This document shows, piece after piece, positions 48,637 to 59,025 of a stretch of 64,000 nucleotides of DNA. The notes beneath the pieces were generated by a model, which was not told the origin of the DNA, searched no databases, and saw nothing but the letters and a program-made list of their open reading frames with translations. The position numbers and the translations under genes were made by a program. Source of the stretch: Elusimicrobiota bacterium (GTDB lineage Bacteria; Elusimicrobiota; Elusimicrobia; Elusimicrobiales; UBA9959); NCBI GenBank assembly GCA_036574205.1, contig JAINCQ010000018.1:93298-157297 (forward strand), written 5' to 3'. Each line of letters begins with the position of its first letter. The first letter of the stretch is position 1.

Positions 48637-49383
48637 TTATTCCAGTAAAATCAATTTGAATATGTTAGCAGGAAATATGTTTGTTTTATAAATTACAAAT
48701 CCATAATAAAAGCTTAAAAAAGCTGAAAAGAGAAGCAGGAGTAAAAGTCTGTTTATTGATATATCATATCTGGTTTTAATCATCTTAATGAAATAGATTA
48801 TATATATTATGCCAAAAAATAGATTTGAAATAGTAAATATGATTTCATTTTTTAGATACTGTCCCAAAAAAATAAATGGTTCTGAAATTATAGTTATTAG
48901 ATAGAGGGATATTATTACTTTAACAAGCGTTATGTAATCGTGTATTTCGTTTTTTATAAATGGATAAAAGATAAGTGGTGTAAAAATGAAAAAAGCCCAG
49001 GAGAAAAAGGTATTTCTAAAAATAATAGGGGTTGAGATTAAGATTGTAAATATAAAACAGGTTGCAAAAAAATATAAAAAGCGTTCTGCTTTTTTAAGTC
49101 CATATGTTAAAATAGGCAAAAAAATAAATAGATTTATAAAAATTGAGAGCATTGACGATGCGGCAAAATCTGAAATAGTTTGTTGTGGCAATCCTAATTT
49201 TTCAAATGATATCTCTGGAGGAAAATCATGAGGAGTTATAATGTTAAAGAAAATTCTTGTTATCAAAGAAATAAAAAATATAATTATAAAAAAATTCCAT
49301 TTAATTTCATCTATGTGGCTTGCGTATTCTTTTGGTTTTTTGAAAAATAATTTTATTTTATCAATCATCATTTTCCCACACAA
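48637..49383 (-). CDS. polytopic membrane protein inserted between mnmE and mnmG
   Basis: 248 aa with about 6 TM segments, very Phe/Ile-rich. No motif. Confidence 0.5.
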   Translation of the reverse strand: MCGKMMIDKIKLFFKKPKEYASHIDEIKWNFFIIIFFISLITRIFFNIITPHDFPPEISFEKLGLPQQTISDFAASSMLSIFINLFIFLPILTYGLKKAERFLYFFATCFIFTILISTPIIFRNTFFSWAFFIFTPLIFYPFIKNEIHDYITLVKVIISLYLITIISEPFIFLGQYLKNEIIFTISNLFFGIIYIIYFIKMIKTRYDISINRLLLLLLFSAFLSFYYGFVIYKTNIFPANIFKLILLE

Positions 49384-50735
49384 AAATTGCTGAAAATACT
49401 TTCAAGTATATCTTCAGATATTGTCTTGCCGGTTATTTCTTCAAGTTCGCTTAAAGCTGATCTAATATGTTCTGCTATTATTTCATACTGCATTCCTTTT
49501 ATAAATGATTTTGATAAATTAATTTCTTTAGCTGCATTTAAAAGACATTGATAATGTCTTTCTGATATGGAAATTTCCTCATAGGTATCATCTATTACCA
49601 CTTCTTTTTCTCTGGTTATTAAATCAATAAGTTTATCGATGTTTTTACCTGTTAAAGATGAGATAATAAGAGAGTCTTTTTCAACTGGTCTTTTTGGTGA
49701 AAGATCTCCTTTGGAATATACATAGATAAGTTTTGTATTTAAAGAAATATTTTCCGATATGATTTTTTCGCATATTTTTTCACCCTCTGTTAAAGGGGTG
49801 GTTATGTCTTTTAAAAAAATAACTATATTTGCTTTTTTTATAGCTTCCTTTGTCCTTTTAATCCCCTCTAATTCAATTTCATTTTCAACATTTTCCCTTA
49901 TACCAGCGGTATCTATAAAAGTTATTTTAAAGCCGTTTAATTCAATTTTTTCTTCTATAGTATCCCTGGTTGTTCCAGGGATGGGAGATGTTATTGCTCT
50001 TTCATATCCCATAAGTTTATTCATAAGTGAAGATTTTCCGCTATTTGGGACTCCCACTATTGCTATTTTAATTCCATTCTTTATGTAGTTTGATTGTTGA
50101 AATGCTTTTGAAAGTAATAAGACTTCTTTTTCAACTTTTTCAATTTTAGTGTAATATTTTTCAGAATCTAAATCATCTAGTTCTTCATAATTATCATCAA
50201 CTCTAACTTCTATTTCTGCAAGGAGGTCTATTAAATTTTTTCTTATATCTTCAACCTTTTCCCTTAACTTTCCTTCAAGATTATTCATTATAATCCTATG
50301 TTCTTTTTCTGTTTCTGCCTTTATAAGTTCATTTACAGCTTCAGCCTGAGAAAGGTCTATTTTACCATTTATAAATGCTCTGAAAGAAAACTCTCCATTT
50401 TTTGCCTGCCTTGCTCCATTTCTTATAGCAAGTTCCATAATTTTTTTTACTATATAAGGCGAGTTATGACAGAATATTTCAACCATATCCTGTGATGTAT
50501 AGCTTTTTGGTGCAACGTATGTTAAAACCATTGCTTGATCTATGGTATTTAATTTTTCATCTTTTATTTTAACAAGGTAAGCCTGATTTGGCTTTGGTTT
50601 TTTAAATGCTAAATTTGGATACATAATTTTGCTGGATATCTTAAAAGAATCAGGACCGCTCATTCTTATAATGGCTATTGCTCCTTCCGGACCGCTTGCA
50701 ATAGCTATTATGGTATCGTCATTATTACTATACAT
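49368..50735 (-). CDS. mnmE: tRNA modification GTPase MnmE
   Basis: DTIIAIASGPEGAIAIIRMSGP, G1 GVPNSGKSS, DTAGIR, C-terminal CVGK. Confidence 0.95.
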   Translation of the reverse strand: MYSNNDDTIIAIASGPEGAIAIIRMSGPDSFKISSKIMYPNLAFKKPKPNQAYLVKIKDEKLNTIDQAMVLTYVAPKSYTSQDMVEIFCHNSPYIVKKIMELAIRNGARQAKNGEFSFRAFINGKIDLSQAEAVNELIKAETEKEHRIIMNNLEGKLREKVEDIRKNLIDLLAEIEVRVDDNYEELDDLDSEKYYTKIEKVEKEVLLLSKAFQQSNYIKNGIKIAIVGVPNSGKSSLMNKLMGYERAITSPIPGTTRDTIEEKIELNGFKITFIDTAGIRENVENEIELEGIKRTKEAIKKANIVIFLKDITTPLTEGEKICEKIISENISLNTKLIYVYSKGDLSPKRPVEKDSLIISSLTGKNIDKLIDLITREKEVVIDDTYEEISISERHYQCLLNAAKEINLSKSFIKGMQYEIIAEHIRSALSELEEITGKTISEDILESIFSNFCVGK

Positions 50736-51534
50736 TTTGATTGGGAGCCTGGATAGAAGAGTTTGAACTATTTTCCTGCTTTTGCTCGTTTTCTTGTTTT
50801 CTTTTTGGAACAGGTTTTATAACAACTCTTCTGATTTTTCCATATCCCATGGAAAAAGTTGTGTAATCAGGATATTTTTCTTTCACGATTTTGTGAATTA
50901 TTTTTCTAAAAGGTGGAGCCATAGGTTTCATTTTATATGGTTTTTTAGTCCTGTTTATGAATTCTATGGCATGTTCAATATCTCTTTTTATCCTGTTTTC
51001 AGCTTTTGCCCAGAATTCTTCGGTATCAAGTTTTATTGTAATCTTTTTTTCAGGATTTTTGTTCAATATGACGCTTATTGTCTGACTTAATGATAAAAGT
51101 CCTTTTGCATTATCGTATAACAAAAGTCCAGCATCTGGAGATTGAAAATTTATATAAACTGTATTGGATTCTTTATCATAAGATTCATCAAGGATTTTGA
51201 ATTCTATCTTTGAAAGAGTAAAAATATCATTTAAAAGATTTTTTACATCTTCAAGAATATTCCCTGTTGGCTGAAAATTTTTTACTGAATTTATATCTAT
51301 ATTTAGTTCTTTTGTTGATTCTTGCTTTTTTATCTCTTTTTCATCTCTCCATATTTTTTCTCTCAGTATTACACATGCGTTTTTTGATCCAAAACCAAGA
51401 ATTCCCTTTTTTTCTTCGTTTATAACTTCTACTTCAACCTGTTCCCTTCTTAATTGTAATTTTGAAAGTCCTTTCTCTATTGCCTCTTTGACGGTTTTTG
51501 CCTCTACTTTAATTTCTCTCATAAAGTCCTCCAT
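50728..51534 (-). CDS. jag: Jag/KhpB RNA-binding protein (Jag_N, KH, R3H)
   Basis: Jag N-domain (KVEAKTVKEAIEKGLSKL), C-terminal R3H-type segment (PMAPPFRKIIHKIV). yidC-jag synteny. Confidence 0.85.
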   Translation of the reverse strand: MEDFMREIKVEAKTVKEAIEKGLSKLQLRREQVEVEVINEEKKGILGFGSKNACVILREKIWRDEKEIKKQESTKELNIDINSVKNFQPTGNILEDVKNLLNDIFTLSKIEFKILDESYDKESNTVYINFQSPDAGLLLYDNAKGLLSLSQTISVILNKNPEKKITIKLDTEEFWAKAENRIKRDIEHAIEFINRTKKPYKMKPMAPPFRKIIHKIVKEKYPDYTTFSMGYGKIRRVVIKPVPKRKQENEQKQENSSNSSIQAPNQNV

Positions 51535-51536
51535 TT

Positions 51537-53072
51537 TTATATGGCTTGAGATTTTTTTAAGTAATAATTTTGTATTATTGAAAAAACACTATTGATTATC
51601 CAGTATAATACAAGTCCGCTTGGGAAAGTGAGAAACAGGAAAGTAAATATAATCGGCATCCATTTCATTACGGAGGCCTGGGCATTGTCAGCTACTGGTT
51701 GTGGGGTAATGTAATTTTGCGCAAACATCAAACCACCCATAAGCAGCGGTAAAACATAATAAGGATCTTTGTCTGAAAGATCTTTTATCCAGAAAATAAA
51801 CTTTGCTCCGTGAAGATCCCATGAATTTCTGAGCGTGGTAAAAAGAGCAAAAAATATTGGTATTTGAATAAGCATTGGCCAGCATCCTGAAAAGGGATTT
51901 GCTCCATATTTTTTATAAAGCTGCATAAGCTCGGCATTCATCCTTTGTGGATCTTTTTTATAACGTTCCTGTATGGATTTCATTTCGGGTTGCATTTTCT
52001 TCATTATCCCCATTGCTTTATATGATTTCATAGATAGCGGATACATAACAATCTGTATCAAAGCGCTTAGCAAAATTATGGCAACGCCGTAATTTTGGGT
52101 ATGTTTGTAAAAATATTTTAGAAGAGAATTAGCTATTTTAGCAAATGGAGCAAAAAAACCGAAATCAACGCTAAGGTGGAGTCCATTACCAAGAGTTTTT
52201 AAGAGAGAATAGTCCTTGGGTCCAGAGTAAAATTTAATTTCTATTTTTTTTGTAGTTTGGGGCTCAAGAATAAATTGTTTTGTTATGATTTTTACCCCTG
52301 GAGCTTTGTGACCGTCTATATTGGTTTCAAAGTATTTTAATCCTTCAAACTCGCCGTTATTCATTACAGCAAAAAGGAAATATCTATTATCTATGGCTGT
52401 CCATAGCCAGTCAGATTTATTATAATCGGATGAGATTTTTTCTATTACCGGGTTTTTTCTGCCTTCCCTGTTATAGGAATATATGCTTTTCCACAGTTCG
52501 GGGTTTTCTTTTTCTTCGCTTTTTACAGTATTAAGTCCTGGACCAAGAGAAATTTCTGTTTGAGGTATAGAGTAAGGTTTTTTACCGGGATTTTTGAATT
52601 CAATAATTAGAGAGTTCATTAGATTGTTTTGAGATGTTGAAAGCGTTTTTGTTACCTCTATTTCTTTTTTGGCTAAAACGGTTATAGAATCGGAGGTTTG
52701 CGATATTTTTTTATAATCAAAATTACCAAAAGCTGAAAGAAAAGGATAATTTTTATCCATTATAAGATCAATATCCTGAATCGGACCGGAATATATGACG
52801 CTGTTTATTGAAAGGTCAGAGTTCAGAAGATATCTTGCTTTTTCATTCTTTATTTCATATATCACATTACTTCTTTTGGCCTCTTTTGGAGTTTCAATTA
52901 ATTCAATTTTTTTGGCTTCTTTTGCTTTTTCGGTTATATTTTGAATATTTTTAGTATTATATTGTTCAGGATTTTGCAGATTTGCAGTTTTTTTAGGTGG
53001 AATTACCCACGTAAACCATATTATATAAATAAGCGATGATAAGACAAGGGCTATAATAAGATTTTTTTGCAT
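51537..53072 (-). CDS. yidC: membrane protein insertase YidC
   Basis: N-terminal TM, large periplasmic domain, conserved C-terminal core (PLSMKSYKAM...GCWPMLIQIPIFFALF). Confidence 0.95.
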   Translation of the reverse strand: MQKNLIIALVLSSLIYIIWFTWVIPPKKTANLQNPEQYNTKNIQNITEKAKEAKKIELIETPKEAKRSNVIYEIKNEKARYLLNSDLSINSVIYSGPIQDIDLIMDKNYPFLSAFGNFDYKKISQTSDSITVLAKKEIEVTKTLSTSQNNLMNSLIIEFKNPGKKPYSIPQTEISLGPGLNTVKSEEKENPELWKSIYSYNREGRKNPVIEKISSDYNKSDWLWTAIDNRYFLFAVMNNGEFEGLKYFETNIDGHKAPGVKIITKQFILEPQTTKKIEIKFYSGPKDYSLLKTLGNGLHLSVDFGFFAPFAKIANSLLKYFYKHTQNYGVAIILLSALIQIVMYPLSMKSYKAMGIMKKMQPEMKSIQERYKKDPQRMNAELMQLYKKYGANPFSGCWPMLIQIPIFFALFTTLRNSWDLHGAKFIFWIKDLSDKDPYYVLPLLMGGLMFAQNYITPQPVADNAQASVMKWMPIIFTFLFLTFPSGLVLYWIINSVFSIIQNYYLKKSQAI

Positions 53073-53093
53073 TTAAACCTCCAGATTAAAAAA

Positions 53094-53336
53094 TCATTTA
53101 AGTGGATCGTATCCACCTTTAGAGAATGGATTGCATCTTATAATTCGTGATACGGATAGATAAAAGGCTTTTATTGGATTATATTTTTTAAAAGCCTGTC
53201 TAGAATATTCAGAACAACTTGGCTCATATTTACAAGAAACAGGCCCTATTATGATTCTGGTTGATTTCCAGAAAAGCCAGGCAATATCAATTGCTCTTAA
53301 ATATATTGTTTTTAATGAAAAGTTTTTTGAGTTCAT
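53094..53336 (-). CDS. yidD: membrane protein insertion efficiency factor YidD
   Basis: CKYEPSCSEYSRQA and RCNPFSKGGYDP motifs. Confidence 0.9.
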   Translation of the reverse strand: MNSKNFSLKTIYLRAIDIAWLFWKSTRIIIGPVSCKYEPSCSEYSRQAFKKYNPIKAFYLSVSRIIRCNPFSKGGYDPLK

Positions 53337-53655
53337 TTTCTACGCGCATATAATTTATTTTCCCGCAAATTTTTTTTGGTTTTATTATAAATAATTTTTG
53401 CGGTTTTATATTGTCTCTATTAAGCCTGAAAAATTCTCTTATAAGCCTTTTTATCCTGTTCCTTTGAACAGCTTTACCCGTATCTCTTTTAACTATTATG
53501 CCAAATTTAAAGTCGGGTTTTTCAGTTTTTTTTTCTAAGAGATCATAAATGTATATAACAAACGAAGGAGATTCTTTTCTCCCTCCTTCAGTTTGAACTT
53601 TTAAAAAAAGCCTTCTGGTTTTAAGCCTTATATCTGAAAAACTATACTTTTTCAC
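53287..53655 (-). CDS. rnpA: ribonuclease P protein component
   Basis: GTG start. GKAVQRNRIKRLIREFFR (RNR motif). Position after rpmH. Confidence 0.9.
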   Translation of the reverse strand: MKKYSFSDIRLKTRRLFLKVQTEGGRKESPSFVIYIYDLLEKKTEKPDFKFGIIVKRDTGKAVQRNRIKRLIREFFRLNRDNIKPQKLFIIKPKKICGKINYMRVENELKKLFIKNNIFKSN

Positions 53656-53794
53656 TTATTCCGGAATAAGTTTAGCTCTGCCTTTTTTTCTTCTCCTGGC
53701 AAGCAACTTTCTTCCGCCTTTTGTTTTCATTCTGGCTCTAAAACCTATAGTTTTTTTTCTTCTTCTGACATTTGGTCTATATGTTGGTAACATA
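53656..53794 (-). CDS. rpmH: 50S ribosomal protein L34, reading frame broken at an A8 tract
   Basis: Absent from the ORF track (too short). ATG 53794 gives [14 protein letters not shown], then a stop. With A7 instead of A8 (T8 at 53751-53758 on +) it reads [45 protein letters not shown], a canonical L34. The intact alternative ORF is 53656-53772 ([15 protein letters not shown]...). Confidence 0.85.
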
Positions 53795-53819
53795 ACTCAT
53801 ATATTATACAAAATTTAGC

Positions 53820-54938
53820 TTATTTTTTTGAAATTTTAAAAATTATTGGCTGGTATATGGAAGGGTCAATATAAGTTATATATATATAATTTTGAGTATA
53901 AAATATTTCTTTTGCTGAGTAATACATTTTTTTATTCTTTTTAAGATCTTTTATGATGTATTCTTTGACTCCCTTAATTAATTCTTTGAAATCCTTAAAT
54001 CTTATTTGTTTTATTTCTGATTCTGTAGTTATATATGTTATTCTAAATTCTTTTTGATATTTATCATAAACAATGGAGTTTTCTCCAACGCAGTCTTTTG
54101 TAATTGCAAATTCTATTTCTTTTCCCCATTTGCCATTTTTATTTAAAAACTCATATTTTGAAAAATCTTCTATATTTGATGGTTTAATCCGGGCTATAGA
54201 AATTGATGTGTAAATATTATTATTATCTGGAGAAAACCTTAGAGTTATATATAAAAATCTTCCTTTTTTTATTATAGAATCTCCAATTATTATTCCGGAA
54301 GAGTAAAATTTTTTGACTCTTTCAAATTTAAATTTTGATATATCTGGAGTTTCCGGGATGCTTGTTCTGACAAGACCGGTTCCTTTGACAGAAAAATCAA
54401 GAGGTTTTATTGGATTTGTCTCTATATCCATATAGTAAATATATAACTTATTGCCAATTTGTATGCCATCATTTGCCCAAAGCCTTTTTAAAAAAGGATT
54501 TTCTTCATTTTCATATTCTATAAATTGTGTTGTTTTGCCGTTTTTTGTATAAAATTTAAAATCTGGATCTATATAGTTTTCATCTGTCAAAACATCAGAG
54601 ATGGCAAGAGAATTTGGGGGCATTTCCTTTATATCAACCAATGAATTGAAATCAAGAGTTTGGGTTGTAGTTATAGTTCCTTTGAATTTTCCAAGTATTG
54701 TGTCTCCGTATGTCCATAAAATATTCTTGCTACCATCTTTAAATTCTATCTCTATTGGGGTTGAACCATCCTGACCCAAAACAAAATTCATTCTTTTAGG
54801 AGCGAATATCAAAGAAGGTGTCTCGGAACATAAATTAATAGAAGATAAAATTAAAACATACATAGCAGATAAACGAAATGTAAAAGATCTAAGTACAGAT
54901 CTTTTTTTATATACTATTTTGAGAAATATTGTTTTCAT
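53820..54938 (-). CDS. hypothetical exported protein (possibly beta-propeller-like)
   Basis: N-terminal hydrophobic anchor or signal. WTYGDTILG and LWANDGIQIGNKLYIYY segments weakly recall DUF4185/sialidase-like folds. Not assignable with confidence. Confidence 0.45.
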   Translation of the reverse strand: MKTIFLKIVYKKRSVLRSFTFRLSAMYVLILSSINLCSETPSLIFAPKRMNFVLGQDGSTPIEIEFKDGSKNILWTYGDTILGKFKGTITTTQTLDFNSLVDIKEMPPNSLAISDVLTDENYIDPDFKFYTKNGKTTQFIEYENEENPFLKRLWANDGIQIGNKLYIYYMDIETNPIKPLDFSVKGTGLVRTSIPETPDISKFKFERVKKFYSSGIIIGDSIIKKGRFLYITLRFSPDNNNIYTSISIARIKPSNIEDFSKYEFLNKNGKWGKEIEFAITKDCVGENSIVYDKYQKEFRITYITTESEIKQIRFKDFKELIKGVKEYIIKDLKKNKKMYYSAKEIFYTQNYIYITYIDPSIYQPIIFKISKK

Positions 54939-55020
54939 TTAAATCGCAAATGTTTTGTGAGATTTCATATCTAAATTATATCAAAATAAAATGAGAATAT
55001 AATTTTATACAATATATTCT

Positions 55021-55677
55021 ATGTATTATTGCGATAATGGCATAGTCTTAAGGCATAGGGATTTAAACGAGGCTGACAGAATAGTTACTATTTTTACGCG
55101 TTCATATGGTAGGATTGAGGCTAATTTTAAAGGGGTAAAAAAATCAACAGCAAAGTTAAGGGCGCTTACCGAACTTTTCTGTCACTGTGATTATAGGTTT
55201 TATTTAAGGAAATATGGATCTATACCTTTATGTATAGGCGGAAGCGAGATTTATTGTTACGCCAATCTTAGAAGTAATCTTGAAAGTATTATGCTTGCTA
55301 ACTTTTTAGCAGATGTAGTTATGAGCCTTACTCCAGTTTATCAAAGATCAGAAGAAAAATTCAATCTTTTGCTTTCTTCTTTTGATTACCTTGATAAAAC
55401 TAATAAAATATCTAAATGGTTTGTAGTATGGTTTATGGCAAATATGCTTGAATATTATGGCGTTGGTTTTAAGGAAACAAATATTGGATATGAAAGCAAG
55501 TTCTGGAAGAGAATACACACACCAGTTTTTATTGATGAAAAAATGGACGAATATGACGATATTTATCTGGATGTTTTTAATTTTATGTTGTCAAAAATAA
55601 ATGAACATGCCGAGAAAAAACTGGTTTTTAACGTAAAATTGGAGGCAGATTATGTATTTTCAAAACATTATAAATAG
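55021..55677 (+). CDS. recO: DNA repair protein RecO
   Basis: N-terminal OB-fold signature ([36 protein letters not shown]). Size is appropriate. Confidence 0.85.
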   Translation: MYYCDNGIVLRHRDLNEADRIVTIFTRSYGRIEANFKGVKKSTAKLRALTELFCHCDYRFYLRKYGSIPLCIGGSEIYCYANLRSNLESIMLANFLADVVMSLTPVYQRSEEKFNLLLSSFDYLDKTNKISKWFVVWFMANMLEYYGVGFKETNIGYESKFWKRIHTPVFIDEKMDEYDDIYLDVFNFMLSKINEHAEKKLVFNVKLEADYVFSKHYK

Positions 55678-56524
55678 TCTTAATGAGTTCTGGATAAAAC
55701 AGGGATGCATTATGGTTCAACCATATGATATAGAAAAAGGAGCAGGAACTTTTAATCCGGCTACTTTTTTTGGCGTTTTGACTGAAAAACCATGGTCGGT
55801 TTGCTATGTTGAGCCATCAAGAAGGCCCGGCGACGGGAGGTTTGCCGCAAACCCAAACAGACTTGGAAAGTATTATCAATATCAGGTTATAATGAAACCG
55901 CCTCCAAAAGAGATACAAAAAATTTATATTAAATCACTTGAATCTATAGGGATAAAAATAGCTGAACATGATATTAAATTTGTTGAGGATGATTGGGAAT
56001 CACCAACTCTTGGCGCAAGCGGCATAGGATGGGAGGTATGGCTTGATGGGATGGAGATAACACAATTTACTTATTTTCAGCAGATGGCATCTTTTAATCT
56101 TTTTCCAGTAAGTGTTGAAATAACTTATGGACTTGAAAGGTTATGTATGTTTTCGCAGAAAAAAAATAATGTTTTTGATATTAAATGGAATGAAAAAATA
56201 ACTTATGGAGATGTCCATAAAGAGATGGAAAAACAGTTTTCTATATATAGTTTTGAACTAACTGATATTCAGAGATTAAGAGATGAATTTGATTATTATG
56301 AGTCTCGGGCGAGATTTCTTGTGGAAAAGAATCTTTATTATCCTGCTTATGATATGGTTATGAAGTCTTCACATAATTTTAATATGCTTATGGCAAGAGG
56401 AGCTCTTTCAGTAACAGAGAGGACTACTCTTATAAAAAAAATTAGAGATATAGCAAGGCTTTGCGCTAAAGCTTATATAGAGGATAATTCAAACAGGCAA
56501 GAACATTTAGAAAGAAAAAAATAA
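55652..56524 (+). CDS. glyQ: glycine--tRNA ligase alpha subunit
   Basis: [28 protein letters not shown]-type ([18 protein letters not shown]), YYQYQV, GLERL. Confidence 0.95.
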   Translation: MYFQNIINSLNEFWIKQGCIMVQPYDIEKGAGTFNPATFFGVLTEKPWSVCYVEPSRRPGDGRFAANPNRLGKYYQYQVIMKPPPKEIQKIYIKSLESIGIKIAEHDIKFVEDDWESPTLGASGIGWEVWLDGMEITQFTYFQQMASFNLFPVSVEITYGLERLCMFSQKKNNVFDIKWNEKITYGDVHKEMEKQFSIYSFELTDIQRLRDEFDYYESRARFLVEKNLYYPAYDMVMKSSHNFNMLMARGALSVTERTTLIKKIRDIARLCAKAYIEDNSNRQEHLERKK

Positions 56525-56537
56525 ATTTGGAGAAATT

Positions 56538-58622
56538 ATGAAAAAAAGCAATGTTTTATTTGAGCTTACCGTTGAAAATATACCAGCAAGGTTTGTTATT
56601 TCCGCAAAGAAACAGTTAAAAGAAAATATTTTTAAATTATTGAAAGATTGGCGCCTTGAATTTGGGGAAATAAATGTATATGCGACATATAGAAGACTTG
56701 TGGTTTTTATAAAAGATGTAGCAAGAGAAACGCCAAAGATTATAGAAAAGGTTTATGGTCCACCAGCAAAGATTCTGAAAGATGGTAATGGAAATTATAC
56801 TGCCGCCGCTATAGGGTTTGCTAATAAAGTTGGGGTAAAAACTGAGGAATTGAAAGTGGAAAATGTTGATAAAAAGGGAGAGGTTATATGCGCTTATAAG
56901 ACAATCCCTTCAAAAGACGCTATAAAGATTTTATCTTCTGTTTTCTCAGAAGCTGTAAAAATGCTTGATTTTCCGAAAAATATGATCTGGGAAGATACAA
57001 AGTTTGTCTTTGCAAGACCCATTAGAAATATAGTAGCGCTTTATGGCTCAAAAACTATTCCTGTTGACATTGCCGGGGTTAAGAGCTCAAGATCCACATA
57101 CGCAGCTTATTTTTACGGATTTAAGAAAATCCATATTAAGCATGCAGATGAGTATATGAAATTACTTGAGAAAAACTATTTAATAATCAATGACACTAAA
57201 AGAAAGGAAACAATATTGAAAATTATAGATGGTGTTGAAACCGCAATGAAAGCAACGATAAAAAAAGATGAAGATCTTATAGATGAAAATCTTTATCTAT
57301 GTGAATATCCAAGCGGAGTTGTTGTAAAATTTCCTTCAGAATTTCTTAAACTTCCGAAAGAGTTGCTTGTGCTTGTTATGAAAAAACAGCTTAAGTTTTT
57401 TTCATGCGAGGATAAAAAAGGCAATATTCTTCCATTTTTTCTTGGGATAAGAGATGGAATTTCAAGAGGACATAGAAATGTGGAGGAAGGATATTTGAAT
57501 GTTTTTAAAGCAAGATGCGCTGATGCAGTTTTTTTCTATGAAACTGATTTGAAGAGTGATTTAAGAGTTTTTGAAGAAAAATTAAAAAATCTTATGTTTC
57601 AGAAAGAGCTTGGGACGATGTATGAAAAAGGAGAAAGGGTTAAAAAAGTCGTTGGTTATTTAATGAATAAACTTAATCTGAATAAAAGAGAGCTTCTTGA
57701 ATCAGCCTCTTATATATATTATGATCTTGTTTCAAATGTTGTTGGAGAATTTACGGAACTTGAAGGAATAATGAACTATTATTATGCGCCAAAATATGGC
57801 ATAAAAGATGAGGAGATTAGAAGGGCGATTAGCGAAATTTATATGCCTACAGGATTTGAAACCCCAATTCCAGAAAATATATATGGGAGTGTCCTTGCTA
57901 TCTCACATAAAATAGATACACTTGTAGGAAATTTTATCCTTGGAATTATTCCTGTATCCGGTAACGATCCTTATGCTCTAAGAAGAACTGCAAACGGAAT
58001 ATTCAGGATAATAAATGAAAACAATATCTCGCTTAATCTGCATAATTTAATTGAGTTTTCATATAATACATATGGCGATGAAATAAAAAAGAAGAAAAAA
58101 TTAGAGACACTTAAAGCTGAACTGCTTGAGTTTATATATCAACGAATTGAAAATTTTTGTCTCTCAAAACAAATAACGCAGGATGTCATAAATTCTGTTA
58201 AAAATGTTTTTATATCCGAAGGTGATATAATTAAATCTTTAAAAAGAATAGAGATCCTTTCTACAATGAAAAGCAAAGGTGAATTTGAGGTAATAGCATT
58301 GCTTTATAAGAGATTGAAAAATATAATAAAAGATTTTAAAGGTGAGGATCTGGATATTTCACTTTTTGAAAAAGAAGAAGAAAAAAGAATTTATGAGATT
58401 TCTCAGAAACTTAAGCCACTAATTAAAGATTTATGCAATAAAGGCGAATACCTTAATGCGATAGGCGAGTTGATGAAAATATCATCTGAACTTGAAGATT
58501 TCTTTAAGAATGTTATGGTAATGAGTGAAAATGAGAAAATCAAAGAAAATAGATTATCCCTTCTTAAAAAAATATATAATTTGTTTTTAGATGTAGCCGA
58601 TATAAGTCAGATAGTATATTAA
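56538..58622 (+). CDS. glyS: glycine--tRNA ligase beta subunit
   Basis: LFELTVENIPARF start, YATYRRL, DPYALRR. Adjacent to glyQ. Confidence 0.95.
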   Translation: MKKSNVLFELTVENIPARFVISAKKQLKENIFKLLKDWRLEFGEINVYATYRRLVVFIKDVARETPKIIEKVYGPPAKILKDGNGNYTAAAIGFANKVGVKTEELKVENVDKKGEVICAYKTIPSKDAIKILSSVFSEAVKMLDFPKNMIWEDTKFVFARPIRNIVALYGSKTIPVDIAGVKSSRSTYAAYFYGFKKIHIKHADEYMKLLEKNYLIINDTKRKETILKIIDGVETAMKATIKKDEDLIDENLYLCEYPSGVVVKFPSEFLKLPKELLVLVMKKQLKFFSCEDKKGNILPFFLGIRDGISRGHRNVEEGYLNVFKARCADAVFFYETDLKSDLRVFEEKLKNLMFQKELGTMYEKGERVKKVVGYLMNKLNLNKRELLESASYIYYDLVSNVVGEFTELEGIMNYYYAPKYGIKDEEIRRAISEIYMPTGFETPIPENIYGSVLAISHKIDTLVGNFILGIIPVSGNDPYALRRTANGIFRIINENNISLNLHNLIEFSYNTYGDEIKKKKKLETLKAELLEFIYQRIENFCLSKQITQDVINSVKNVFISEGDIIKSLKRIEILSTMKSKGEFEVIALLYKRLKNIIKDFKGEDLDISLFEKEEEKRIYEISQKLKPLIKDLCNKGEYLNAIGELMKISSELEDFFKNVMVMSENEKIKENRLSLLKKIYNLFLDVADISQIVY

Positions 58623-58642
58623 AAAGCGGTAAGGGAGGTAGT

Positions 58643-58951
58643 ATGAAAAAGGGAAGGATTATAGGTGGAGTTATAACAAGCGCTATTGCAGGATGCGCCA
58701 TTTATTTTCTGACAAGCAAAAAGACGCAGAAATACAGAGATGAACTTTTTGTTAGGGTTAATGAGATGAAGGCTGATATTATTAAAAAGTTGGGAGATAT
58801 GAAAGAAATTACCCAGGAGGAATACAATAAAATTGTGGATGAGGTTTCAAAAAAATATAAAAGACTTTCAAAAGTCAGTGAAAGAGAATTTTCAAATATA
58901 ATTGAGGATTTAAAACAGGCCTGGAAACATATAAAAAAGGCAGCAAAATAA
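58643..58951 (+). CDS. YtxH-like small membrane-anchored protein
   Basis: N-terminal Gly-rich TM (GRIIGGVITSAIAGCAIYFL) then a charged helical region. Confidence 0.55.
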   Translation: MKKGRIIGGVITSAIAGCAIYFLTSKKTQKYRDELFVRVNEMKADIIKKLGDMKEITQEEYNKIVDEVSKKYKRLSKVSEREFSNIIEDLKQAWKHIKKAAK

Positions 58952-59025
58952 AAATTGCAGACTAAAATTAGAGTTTTTGTACAGACTTTTTTAGATATTA
59001 TAAAGAAAATGGGATGTTATAAAGA

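Noticed and set aside
53795-55020. oriC near rpmH-rnpA and the minus-to-plus strand switch at about 54980
   Set aside because: No dnaA gene and no TTATCCACA-type DnaA boxes seen in the 82-nt divergent spacer or near rpmH. The spacer is too short for an origin. GC skew cannot be computed reliably by eye.
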